A stretch of 64,000 nucleotides of DNA from Marsupella aquatica. Lineage: Eukaryota > Plantae > Marchantiophyta. Positions 52,150 to 64,000 of this stretch are shown here, piece by piece (the stretch's first letter is position 1; every line of letters starts with the position of its first letter). Below the pieces are notes generated by a model. That model saw only the letters and a program-made list of their open reading frames with translations. It searched no databases and had not been told where the DNA came from. The stretch covers positions 29,561,611-29,625,610 of the forward strand of contig OZ316891.1 in the NCBI GenBank assembly GCA_973895155.1. The letters run 5' to 3'. The position numbers and the translations under genes are program-made.

Positions 52150-52704
52150 TGAAAATGGCTGCACTTTGGAAACAGTTCAGTCGTTCGTTCCGTTTCAGCG
52201 GAATATGAACTAGTGCATCGTATGATTTTGTGCCAACTACCGGAGATTCTCATCTGCTTGCCTTTGCTCGTCAAATCCTGAACTGTGCAATTTCTGGGCT
52301 CGGAAAACAATTCATTCATTCATTCATTCATTCATTCTGTCTCAGCGGAATAGGAAGGTCCTCACCTGCGCGTCTCTTCTCCGGAAATCCTATACCCTTG
52401 GAAATTTTGGGATTTGGGCAACTTGGTTCATTCTGCCTCAGCGAATTGCTTTTCTGTGTAAAGGTATGTTTTCCTCCCGGCTTGTTTCTCCGTGTAGGTG
52501 TGTTTTAAGGAATGACTCCGTTTTGTTTTTGACGAGATCCTTTTGTGCGGAATCTTGTGATATAGGTCAATTTCTTGGTTTTAGAGTTATGTTTAGTTTC
52601 GAGATGTCTGTCGGGCGGATTTGGAAAGCTTGTGTGGCCCAATTCACTGCATTGAAGTTCATCGCGTTGCCTGTGTTGAGTACAGGAGGCAAGATTCTGC
52701 ATCG

Positions 52705-55498
52705 ATGGGGAAGGCTAAGAAAACCCGAAAGTTTGCGCAGATGAAACGCATGATTACTCCTAAAGCCGTCCAGACGTGAGTATCAAACCTCTTCTATTCC
52801 TCTACTTCTGACCCTGAGCCCGGAGCCCTCAGACGTAAAAGTCTCCAGCTGCAGATTGTGAGTTAACTGTCGCTCTCTACTTTCTGTGTCCGACCTTGAT
52901 GTGTGGTTGCTCTTTATCTACGTCTGCGCAGATACAAAGCGGAAGTTCTCAACCCCAACAAGAAAGACACTGACAAGAGCAAGCTTCCGAGAAATGTGTA
53001 CGCTCTCTTCACCGTCCCTATCTCCGCTTCTATTGACAATGGTTATGCAATGCTGACCTGCACTAGTTGAAGGACTTGGTCTGTGCTCGCGTATTTCGCC
53101 TGTCCAGACAATTTGAAGATGAAATCTATAATGACTCTTGACATCAGATCGCTTTCACCTCATTCATCATTTCTTTGACATTATTCCTCATTGTATCGCA
53201 GTCCTAATGTGTCATCTGCACTTTTCTTCAAGTACAACACTGCCCTTGGACCTCCTTACCAAGTGCTTGTTGACACCAATTTCATCAACTTTTCGATCCA
53301 AAACAAGGCAAGTTGTTTGTCATCTTTATGATGCTTAAGAAAGACCATGTGGGTGCTGATATACCTACTGACAAGTTATCCACTGATTTTGACCTTTTCT
53401 CCTACTTATGTCTCGTTACTGTTCAAACGTTTTGGACGGAGTTACGTCCATCTCTGATATGAGAAGGTTCGCAAATCATGGTCCATTTTCAACCAGTGAC
53501 ATTCTAGTCTTGTTTTCAGTATACTCGTTCTCCCAGTGAGTTGGGAATTCTGGTGGAGCACTGTTGAGCTGAAAGCGAGGTCAGACAGGTTTTGTTTCAA
53601 CTAACAAGTAAGTATTTGTGCAGCTAGATTTGGAGAAGTCCATGATGGACTGTCTTTACGCCAAATGTGAGTTTTACTCCTTCGCGTTCAAAACATAATA
53701 TTACCACAACGCCTTGATTCAAAGCACATGTACTGCTGCAGATTTACCACGTGGACACTGCCAATAGGCTAAATGTTCACCTCGTTTCGTTCAAAGTTAG
53801 TGTAGTCTGTTACTATTGTGATGGAGATCCGCTTTCTAAAACCAGATTGTATTTGTAGGTACTCCTTGCATTACGGATTGTGTTATGGCAGAACTCGAAA
53901 AGCTTGGAGAGAAGTATCGAGTAGCTTTGAAGTAAGTTTTGTCTCCATGTCTCCCCCCTGGTCTTGCTGCAGCGAAATTTGTAAGAGGGCTAGATGGAAA
54001 GGTCTTAGTTGTTGGAACATACCTCATGCAAGACCGCCCCCTCCCCCGCCTCCACGTGCCTGTCCTTCACTGAATTGGTGAAAAAAAGGCCTTGAAGGGC
54101 CAGAAACTTATTGCCTTTATTCGCTTTTCCTCTTTTTGATGTCAAAACTCTCCAAAAATCTGAACCAAAATCCACCCGAGGAGGTGCGTACGATGTGTAG
54201 TCTCTCTTGTCATTTCAGTGAATTTTAGGACAGTCAATTGTGGGACAGAGTCCATTGATGCTCATGAGGGATGTATAGATACTTATGTGTAACATTGGGC
54301 AGGATTGCGAAGGACCCAAAGTTTGACAGACTGCCTTGCACACACAAAGGCACCTATGCAGATGATTGCCTAGTCCAGCGGGTTACTCAGGTTGGTTTTT
54401 CATATTTCCCCGACAACTTGTATGCTTTGTGCAACAGATTTGTATCTATACTAATTGCTGATCCAATTTGCTGAAGTACCATCATGCAGGCCATAATAGT
54501 TGATCTTCCTGCTGCTAGAAGAGAATGATTGACTTGTATTACTTAAGAAGAGAAAAGGAGGATAAGTAAATTACATCAGAATAGTTTAATCAGATTATGT
54601 TAATTCAATGGCATTTTCCTGGGGATTCTAATTCGGAAAGGTTTATTTAAACAAAAGCTTGTGACCTCGCCTAATACTTGGTACTAACTGGTGTCGTGAA
54701 TTTTGACTGGTCTTAAACAGCACAAGTGCTACATAGTGGCGACATGCGATCGGGACTTGAAAAGGCGAATTCGCAAGGTATGTATTAGCTCTATGAGGTT
54801 ATTCACGGTTTGCCTCTTGCAGCTTTTGTCCGTAATAAGATGAATGTTGCAGAACTGTTTCTCTTACTTTTTAGTTGCTCGTGTAATTAAATAGTATTGA
54901 TTTAAGTTGATATCTGTTTGCCAAATCACGAAATCTAATGAACTTACATCTCTGGTCAGATACCAGGTGTTCCCATAATGTATATATCTCAACACAGATA
55001 TTCGATTGAAAGATTACCGGAAGCAACTCTGGGTGGTGGTAAGAACTGCATCACTTTATCTGGGAATTCCTTCTTATTGTGCTTGTTGCTGTTCACGACG
55101 AGTTCTTTGTTCCAATCCTCATGGGGCAAATTTGGACGAGAACACTGCCGTCGTTCAGCATGATCCGCGATTGAAGAAATTGTTAACAAGGAGCTAATGC
55201 TGGGCAAAATAAGTGCCCCAGAGTCTGAATTGGAATGCTGTGTGAAGGTCTTCTTTACTATCTTATACAGCGATTACCGTTGGATGTTAAAAAAACTTGA
55301 AAGACTGTTTGTCCACGTGGAAAAACACGTGACTGGCTTTACAAATTAGAAGAGAAGTCTTACTTTCAGTTTGATGTATGTTTGGACATCGCTCGAGCAT
55401 AATTGTGAGCTTACCGATTTGTAACGTCTGGATTACTGTACCGTATATAGAGATAGTAGTTAATGCCTTTTTCTGTGGTTGCAGCACCAAGAATGTGA
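52705..55498 (+). CDS. FCF1: rRNA-processing PIN-domain protein FCF1/UTP24, 9 exons, 198 aa
   Basis: Exons 52705-52775, 52932-52997, 53202-53307, 53624-53666, 53859-53931, 54303-54390, 54721-54777, 54960-55038, 55485-55498 (597 nt). Motifs [74 protein letters not shown]. Confidence 0.95.
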
Positions 55499-56846
55499 TC
55501 ACCCAGTTGTCGGCACCAATTCAACTTTTGACACATTGCAACAGAAATCATCCAAGGTTTTTGGCATCAAGTACCCACAATTCATACATAACTGGAAACT
55601 TGGTTCCTCATCTCCGTAGAAGAATTCTTGAAGTAAGGCAGCTCTGGCCTGCACAAGACGACAACAGTGATGGAGTGTATATTTACTGAGTAAAATTGCC
55701 TTCGCTTGGTTTCTGCACAAGACATTGAAGACCAGGATGACAGCATGAATTCCAATTTTGGCTCGTTTCATTCGAGGATCGGAGTCCGCAGTTCACCTGA
55801 CTTGAGGTTCAGATGCATGCGCCAGTGGTTAGAAACTTAGTTCCTTATCTCCGCTCGGCTAAGTTTGTGGAGTAAATGAGCTCCGGTGGGACGAGAGCGT
55901 AAGAATAGGGGGGAAAATATCTGAAATTGGTGCTGCATAGGCCCTTAACGGTTAGTGACAGGATAATTTTCCGGATCACCAGTGGCCCTCGAATTGAAAC
56001 TCGGCCAGAGGAAATTTCGGTAAGAATTTTACACAGAGAAGGATGGGAGCATAGTGGGTTTCAAAAATATCAAGAAATAATTGCCTCGCTCTGAGTTGTA
56101 GAGAAGGGCGTCTGCAGTCTTCTACTTCTCCAATTTGTTCGGCTTAAACTGACTCATAATAAAAGTCTGGGTATCGTCTTTATGATGGTTCCCATTCGTG
56201 ATGGGAGCGTATTGAGGATTTCAAAAGGGATTGTCTCGCTTCTTTTACTTGATTAACCGCCAACCTTAACTGCTGTACTGCTAGGGTCGCCAGTATCTTC
56301 TCGAGACTCTTCTGTCATTCTGGAAACCGCTTCATCTCTCGCTGTCCCTCGTTTGTAGGTTGTTCTCAAAAGAACACACCTCCATCCGTTGCAGAAGTAC
56401 TAGTTTGCTAGCCACAGAAATAGATAGGTACAAGTTTATGCAATTGGATGGGAGGTCAGTTATCCCAAGGATTTTGCCACAAGCAGCATGATTGAAACAC
56501 CAAGCATTCATCTTCCTCTCTGATATCTGTAGCTCACAGCGATAGTTTGTGTACCAGCGAACGACTGGTTGGGAGTTGAGGTCCCATCTAGGCTCCTCTT
56601 TGCTGCTGGTCCCAAGTGGGCAGGAGCCTTTTGGGACCTCAATTACCAACCGGCTCAAGTAATGACCAGGCGGGCATAAGAGTGGTCTCAATGCTAAGTT
56701 TTTATTTCTTGAAGAACCAGAAGCCTTAGCCATGACCCTTCTCAATCCCCAGGCGGCATATTACTGCTTTCAATGTGAAGCTTCCACTTCTTGATCAACC
56801 TTAGCCGTGACCCATCAGTATTCAACACAAGGAACATTCACGTCTC

Positions 56847-56943
56847 CCAGCAACACTAGTGAACACCAAGGAACTAACAAGAGGCCAAAGACTTTCCAGC
56901 AACACTAGTCAACACCAAGGAACTAACAAGAGGCCAAAGACTC
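56847..56943. repeat. ~49-bp tandem duplication
   Basis: CCAGCAACACTAGT(G/C)AACACCAAGGAACTAACAAGAGGCCAAAGACT twice. Confidence 0.85.
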
Positions 56944-57005
56944 TTTTTGCCTGTGTGTATGAGGGACACTTGTAAGAAAATAATGCACCATGCACCCGGC
57001 CAGTG

Positions 57006-57262
57006 AGCCATGAAACCCCCATAGACCTTGACACCTTTTACACCTTCACTCATTGCACACCCTTCTCAGCAGCAATGTTTACTTTCAATGTCTCCCTTGA
57101 TATTCAAACAAATTGTGTCTTCTTGGGCTTGTTAGCCATGGAACCCCCATAGACCTTGACAGCGTTTACACCTTCACTCATTGCACACCCTTCTCAGCAG
57201 CAACGTTTACTTTCAATGTCTCCCTTGATATTCAAACAAATTGTTTCTTCTTGGGTTTGTTA
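57006..57262. repeat. ~128-bp tandem duplication
   Basis: AGCCATG(A/G)AACCCCCATAGACCTTGACA...GATATTCAAACAAATTGT.TCTTCTTGGG.TTGTT at 57006 and 57134. Confidence 0.9.
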
Positions 57263-58033
57263 GAAGCCCTTGGAAAGATCTTTCCAACCAATCTAATATA
57301 TCTAGTTCTCACGAAGAGTTGAGCTACTTATAAATTTCTAAATATCACTCCCTCAGTTAGTGTCCCTCACTTTATGTTCGGAAATTATTTAAGCAGCTAA
57401 CTTTGACACTCAGAATCTCTCGAAAGCCAATACAATCTGATTTTTGGGGTTTCTTAATAAATTCTTGAAAAGATCTTTCCAATGCACCTAACAACATCAA
57501 ACTTCATGCAAAACTCAGAGACCTACAGGGTTCCAAACTTGATTATCAGTGTAAAATTCCATTGTGAATTGAGAGACCGGTGAATGCTGAATTTCCAAAA
57601 GATGAGTGAAATGTGAGAAAGTCTGGATTAGTGCAAAAATACATGCCTGGTGTTTGCAAAATAACAAGATGACAACAAGGACGAGAATCACACAAAATGC
57701 AAAACACTATGTACGCAAGAGACGACAACAATCTCATGCAAACAAAGCACCTTTTGGGATGTATTATTAGTTGAGCCAAACTCACCCACTGGCCATGCAA
57801 GATTCCAAGCACACATTACAACACTTTGCAAAAGTTTTTTGCATTTGACATGTGCCTTATGGCCTGTTTTTCTCTATAACCCGTTGGTTTTTTTTTTGGG
57901 GGGGGGGGTTAATTTCAGATCATATAGTATGCACTTAATGATTTACAGAAAAACAGAAAATAATGAGGTTTACCATGGTATGGAGTGATGTAGTACATAC
58001 TATATGTCATATTGGGGGGGGGGGGGAGACACG

Positions 58034-58101
58034 AGAAATTCATCGGGCATTCTGTTAATTAAAATATGCGCTATGAGTAAGAGAGTGCCCGATGAATTTC
58101 T
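58034..58101. repeat. 20-bp inverted repeat with a 28-nt loop
   Basis: AGAAATTCATCGGGCATTCT ... AGAGTGCCCGATGAATTTCT (19/20 complementary; the mismatch would be a G-U pair in RNA). Confidence 0.8.
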
Positions 58102-58927
58102 AATAAACCCCCACCCAAAAAAAAAGTTGGGCTAGCGCCAAACCATGGATAAGTGCAGGCCAGGGCATTCGTCCCCAAGAGTTGCACTTGTACACGGTGG
58201 TTCATCGTACTAACTTCGTATAGTCAGATTGCGAAATAATAGTCACCAACCACGTACAGTCGGATTGCGAAAATAACTTTGTAGAGTCAGATTGAACGTA
58301 ACCAATTCACGAATTGTGAACTTTATCGCTGGATGGATTGGATGACGTCTTCTTGTCTCCTGCATGTGCCAAGAGAGATGTGGTGACGTATCCTTCTTCA
58401 ACCTTCTACTGTGACAAGATTTGAGTAATCATTTTCACTACTGCAGCCTTTTAAAAGCTCAGGCTGCTGCATTCTTTCTTCACCGCAGCTAGTGGTCTTT
58501 CATTCTCCGTAAATTCTCATTTCTCGTCCACAGAATTCCATTACACAGATCTTCATAACCTGGCACCCAAAAGGTGAAAAGGGAGTACTCAACCTGGGTC
58601 CTCAATTTGATATACCAGAAAGTGTTCGAGGCTTTACCGATTTTCAATCTTCACTGTTCGAGCAAACTGGGTCTTCAATTGGATACCAGGAAGCAAACAT
58701 TCGAGGCTAATCGGCTTTCAGTCCCCACCCTTCAAGGCAGCTCTGAACGCCCAGGAATCGCTCCTCACCAGCTGCCTCTGCCCAGCAAGGAGTTGGGTTT
58801 CCGAAAGGGAGGCCGTGAATCTGAAGTGGGGCATCCACAAAGAGAAGCGAGAATCGAGTCCAGAGAGAGGAGTGCTGAAGCTGGGTTCGAAGTCATTGAT
58901 TGTCACTGGTGCTAAGGAGGAAATGCA

Positions 58928-61900
58928 ATGACGACTGTCAATTGTGGATCTCTTTTGAGTTCTGTCGCACAAGCGACAGCTATTGCAGTGGTTGGCGGTC
59001 ATTCGGTTGCTGAGCGTCTGAAGGTGCCGCAGCTCCAGAACAAATCTGCCGTCTCGAGGATACTAAATCGGCGAGGGCTCAGCTCTCTGAGCAGTTCCGG
59101 CCTCAAGGCTGGAAATTCGTCTCCCAAAGTAAGAACTCTTATTGGAATTAAATTGAAAGGTATACGAACGTCATCTCTGAGACGCTAGTCTGGGTTTGAA
59201 GGGTGTTGATGGGAATATTCACAATAGGGGTTCATTTCTTTGGGTTGTTGGCATTCTTGTTCAGACAGATGAGGGACTCAACAACTACTGCAAGGTCTCT
59301 CCAGGACGGCTAGGCTTTGCTCGAGCAACAGCTGTCAATGAAAGCGTCATTGCCCCGAGTGCACCTACCACCCCAGCTCCGCCTGAGCAGGTTTGTCTGT
59401 TTATCCCCCAAGTGCTGATATTGTTCAGTTTTTCTCCTTCCAGGGAAAATTGATAGGGACATCCTGATCACTTTCTTTAATCAATCTCTTCATAGTTCTT
59501 CTTTGGCTTCACCGTTGGATCCTCGCCAGCTAGCAGTTTTGGGGGTTCATTGACAATCCTATGGTCTCGGGGAAAATCCGTCAAGCATATCGTTTCTTGG
59601 CCAATTCATCCTTCCAAAGGAAATTCTTCAGGTGGACTAGGAATATAAGCAAGGACCTCGATGAGTACGTCTTCTTTGCTGGCACTCTGCCGTACTAGAC
59701 CTCGAAGCTCATGGAAGGGAATTTCAAATTCCACCCACCAGAATTATCGGACGATGTGCAGATTTGAGTCGACTATCAGTGTCCCTGGAAACATTTTACA
59801 AAAAAGATGAATCCAGCGTCTATCTCCTTCTTGCACCATCTTCAGTAACCTGCTGAAATCACTGTTCGTGATTACACTTACTGTTATTTCGGAAGGCTTG
59901 AACTTGCAACTCTTGTTGCATGGTTTGAGCTGCATGATCAATATTGAAAGGAAACATGGCTGAGTAACCCAACCGGAGCACCGTAGAAGGTTCATAGAAT
60001 CTATAAACCTGAGTGTTCACTCCGGCTGCAACTTACGTCCATGAATTACCGCCATTCAAACTTCAGGTAGCCCTGGATAGACTATATAGAGGATCATAGG
60101 GTATCTCAGAAAGGCTAACGGCTTACCACTTCTCCATCCAACACAACGGATATGTCAGTACTGGCATCTAGAAGAAGTAGATCATGAACGTCATTTCTGG
60201 TCACTTGTGAGACACGTGGACCTTGAAATTAGTCACTCACACGCTTGTAGTTTGAAGTGACAACCCAGGAAATTAGGAAGCAAAACTAGTGCACCTTCTC
60301 GCAATTGCCTCAACAAACGTTTGACAGACAGAAGAATGCAAACAATTGAGAAAATGTAGAATGTGTATCTGAAGGGGTTCGTGAATGGCAGGAGACGGAC
60401 ATCAGAGTGTCTAAAATTGCAGAGGATGTTATCACCTTTCGAGGCCAGTGTAACAGCAGATTGAAGTTTGAGGTATGGGTCTCTGATCATCGATTTCTGC
60501 CTTGTATCGTGTGATACTAATATAGAAAATAAGCCAACTTCTGAGCAAATGTCCTTAATTTTCTGCCTAGACAACTGGTCTTGTCTGATTTGCCCAAGAA
60601 GTTCACATGGAAACTGTGTTCATGCAGATTGAATATGGCATGAACCACGGCTCCACAGAAAATTCCTATCTGATAAAGACTGAAGAGGGTTATGTACTAA
60701 TTGACTTACCCGATCAAGCATTTTCTAAAGCTTTTTCAGCAGTACTGGCCGACACTATTGACTTGAAGAGTCTCAAGTACCTGATTCTCGGACATCTGAG
60801 TCCCAAGCGGATTGAAAGTTTGAGTGTTTTGTTGCAGGCTCTCCCAGACCAAGGTTGGTTCTTACAAGTCATTCATGATAATTTTGAGCATTTTGTTGAC
60901 TTTCATGAACATGTTGCACCTTCCATAGACCCTTAAGTTCTCACCGTCACGAAAGCAGCTATGAGAGCTCTTCTCTCTTCAACAGTCTGATCTGAACAAT
61001 TACGGATGTCTCCTGATCAGACACCTTAGAAATTCCAACTCTCGTCCTCAGTGTCTCGACAGTCCCTCAGTGCCCGACTTAAAAGCCCACGAAGTACCCC
61101 AATTGCAGACTTCGCGGACCACTCTATATTGGAATCTTGTCCCCAAGCAGTTCTCGCAAGAAGAAAACGAACATTTACAAGACATGAACTTCACATCCAG
61201 TCCCTAGGAAATCGTGACAGCTTGGTAGCTTCAGATCTGTGATAAGTTGGCTTTGTCCTCTGTCATTCATAGTCTTTAGATCTGTTGGAGATGTGCCTTT
61301 CATATCCTAAAGGTGGATGTAACTTTTATCAGCCCTTAAATCAATCAGTGGAGGGCAGGGTGCCAAACTAGATACGAGACGCCTAAAATGGAAGTACTAC
61401 TTTGGTCCAAATCATGGAATTTATACACAATGCTATGCTTAAAATTCCTGAGTGCATGAATTTTCATACACTATATCAAGTTAACACGTGTATGCTACTG
61501 ACTTAAGTGTATGACTTTGTGTTTTGTCGTGATGGATCAGCTTCCGAACTTCAAATATTTTGCTCCAATCCTGCAGCACAACTCTTGAGCAAGTCCTTCT
61601 CAGAGAGTCCCCCGCCAAAACCCTATTCAGTTAAAACTGTCCGCGCAGGAGACAGACTCGACCTTGGAAGAGGTACCGTGAGTCTGAAGATTAGTCCCAC
61701 TCATCATCGCACTAAAAGACTGCACAAGTGGACTTTGCTTCACATTCTGCAGGATGTTGAAGGCGCTGGATATATTGCTATCAGTTCACCTCCTCGGATT
61801 TGGGGTTCCATTTTGAATTCTGTAATGGAGGAATAGTTGTGAATTTTCAGTGTGGTTGTGGATAAATCATGAGCCATTTTCACTTCAATTTAGCACCTTA

Positions 61901-64000
61901 CGAGACTCAGATCCGGAGTGAGTTTAGTAAAGGGTTATTAAAACCAAATATATTGCTCTGCAGGACATGACCTACGTTTTTTCTTGACTCCAACGCCTCG
62001 ATGGCCAGATGCGATGTGCACTTATGATTCTGGGACACAGTTGCTTTTCAGTCAAAAGATTTTCAGGTTGAACTTACTTCTTTGTTATCAACCTAAGCAC
62101 GAAAGATTGTGTAATTTGTAATTTGTGAGCAAACCGTCTGTGTCTTTCATCAACCAGTTTCGATGACATTTTGGATGAAAAGTCGTGTCCGATTGTTTTA
62201 GAATTTATTTGAAGATTGTATATTACATATGAATTGTAGCCATGATAATTTTTATGTACTATTTTGTGGAATTATGCTCTAGATAACGTTTTTTGCAGAA
62301 GATTGAAATCGTTTCTCGAGGTGACGAGCGTCCAAGCATAGTGAAAAGGAGTAGATTTTCTGCTGTCCTGAGGCGTTCATAGGAATTACGTGAACACATA
62401 ACAGAAGAACGTTAATTCACGAACTGATTTTGTCTGTGTATGCCAGCGCACATGCAAGCGGGTCCAGTGATTTTGATGCTGGAGGTTGGGATTTATATGG
62501 TGAAGACTGGCGTTATTATTATGATTGCATGCTTGCACCCACACCAATACAGGTGACTGTCAATCATTGCCAATTGTTTGACTTCTATGGAATTACAACG
62601 GACAGATAGTTGTCTTTCAAAATAGCCACCCGATCTGTCTTCTTTACGTTCTCGTACTACTCTTCAAGACAGTTTCTCATGAGACATGGGTGATCCTATG
62701 GACAGATCAAGGCTGCTTTGGACAAGCTTCAAGTTGTTCAACAGTACGCAAAACCCAACTATGGCGGAAAGACAGGTTTTGAAGTTTTGAAGGTCAGTGG
62801 CCATTTAGCTCGGCATCCACGGGGTGCATGGTCTGCAGAAACCAATTGGGCTGAGGCAACGTGGTGGAAAATCACTTTGAATATTTGAATTTTGTCCCAT
62901 CACCTTGCGGTACAATGTGAGACATTGTAAACTTGTGATGGCTTTTGCTGTCCTAACATGACTTCTTACATGATGTACTTATTGTAGACGCCTAACCAAT
63001 TTCCTATTCTTTGTTTTCTATTTCTGAAGGCAGATATGATGTACATTGCGTCAAGTGTGCTGGGTGCCTTGAATTTACCAGTCGGTAAGGCTCCACTGCT
63101 GAAGAATTTTGGAACAGAAGAAGGAGTTGTGGTGACAGCTGCTATCTGTCCCCTTCACGGGCCCATTGTGCGGACTTCACTGACTGAGCTCGTCCGTGAA
63201 TATAGTGAGGTAAGCCTCCTCACCCTTTTATGATCTCTGGTTGGAGCTAACTTTATTTCAGACACATGCTGTATTCGTGTGGTGTATTATACCTCGTTTA
63301 CGCCGCTTGGATCCTACTTGCTATTTGATGTTTCCAACTGCCTGTGATGGCAGTAGTCACTGTGATTACGTGTGACCCCCAAAAAGACCATCTCAATCCT
63401 TTTTCAGAGAACTTTCGTGTTGGCATTTGAGCTTCAGCCTGTATATATCATGTACAAAACTTCCAGTACCAAACGGTTTTGTACCAGCAATATTCCAGAA
63501 GAATGGCCTTTTCTGTGGGCTCTTATTGGGAAGAAGTCCAGAATTCAATGTGGCTAAGTTAATGATATTTGCATTCTTGTATATGCTGCAGTGGACGCGA
63601 GACAAACTAAAGCAGTTATCAGATTATACTGTTGCTGTGATTTATGCTTCAGCTTATGGAATGACTGCAACCTTGGCCCAGGCCATCAGGTATGATATTC
63701 TGGTTCAAATCACGTACCCCGTTGTCACTTTGTAGTTCCGTTACCGCGCATCCATGAGGATATGGATCGCAAGACTTTTTTTTCTTGTTTTTCACTTAAT
63801 GGAGTCTTTATCATCCTCTAAATGTTGCAGAGCAGTTGTAGTCCATGTCAGCGAAATAGCTAACACAAAATGAATCATTGGGTCCATTTGAAAGTCGAGG
63901 GATAAGCAAGGCTGGTGTTGGAGTTGAGATGATCAATGTGGAGATCAGTTCAACCGAGGAGTTTACCGCCTTACTTCAACGTTGTAATGCGTTTGTGATT
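58928..64000 (+). CDS. FLVA: Chloroplast flavodiiron protein, Flv1/FLVA type (non-canonical iron ligands); 3' part lies beyond the window
   Basis: Exons approximately 58928-59128, 59265-59390, 60392-60472, 60628-60853, 61541-61672, 61964-62066, 62447-62552, 62706-62792, 63030-63209, 63592-63689, 63895->end. S/R/K-rich transit peptide, then RLKFEIEYG..GSTENSYLI, LILGHLSPKR, PTPRWPD, WRYYYDCM, ICPLHGPIVR and flavodoxin VAVIYASAYG.T..LAQAI.RGI.KAGV.VE. Lack of HxExDH places it in the Flv1/FLVA clade rather than Flv3/FLVB. Confidence 0.9.

Noticed and set aside
56332-56745. 137-aa - strand ORF as a MULE/FAR1-like fragment or gene
   Set aside because: Only vague C/W/H spacing; not enough to assign without a profile search.
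1-64000. A functional gene cluster or novel multi-gene system linking MTN, ankyrin, DEK1, FCF1 and FLV; tRNA or rRNA genes
   Set aside because: The genes are unrelated conserved housekeeping or developmental genes separated by TE debris. No tRNA or rRNA structure was seen; the only tRNA complementarity is the copia PBS.

Overview
Eukaryotic nuclear DNA with GT-AG introns from a non-flowering land plant, most likely a bryophyte (possibly a liverwort). The window holds a plant DEK1 phytocalpain and a chloroplast flavodiiron gene, a family angiosperms have lost. Intact genes: MTA/SAH nucleosidase (-, 8 exons), an intronless Yar1-like ankyrin gene (+), DEK1 (+, 30 coding exons, ~2186 aa by my exon assembly), FCF1/UTP24 (+, 9 exons, 198 aa) and a Flv1/FLVA-type flavodiiron protein (+, cut by the window end). 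Between them lie an intronless, internally deleted PRP2/DHX16-like DEAH pseudogene, a full-length but decayed Ty1/copia element (two LTRs, 5-bp TSD, PBS, PPT), a degraded Harbinger transposase, several MITEs (TAA or 8-bp TSDs; two are back-to-back and form a ~0.8-kb palindrome) and many local tandem duplications. I see no evidence for a clearly new multi-gene system. The best leads are regulatory and structural: a uORF-dense DEK1 leader with an overlapping uORF plus a possible 3'-UTR intron, a micro-uORF overlapping the FLV start codon, non-canonical residues in FLV and MTN, and the MITE palindrome. Exon boundaries were read by eye, and all family assignments rest on remembered motifs, not database searches.
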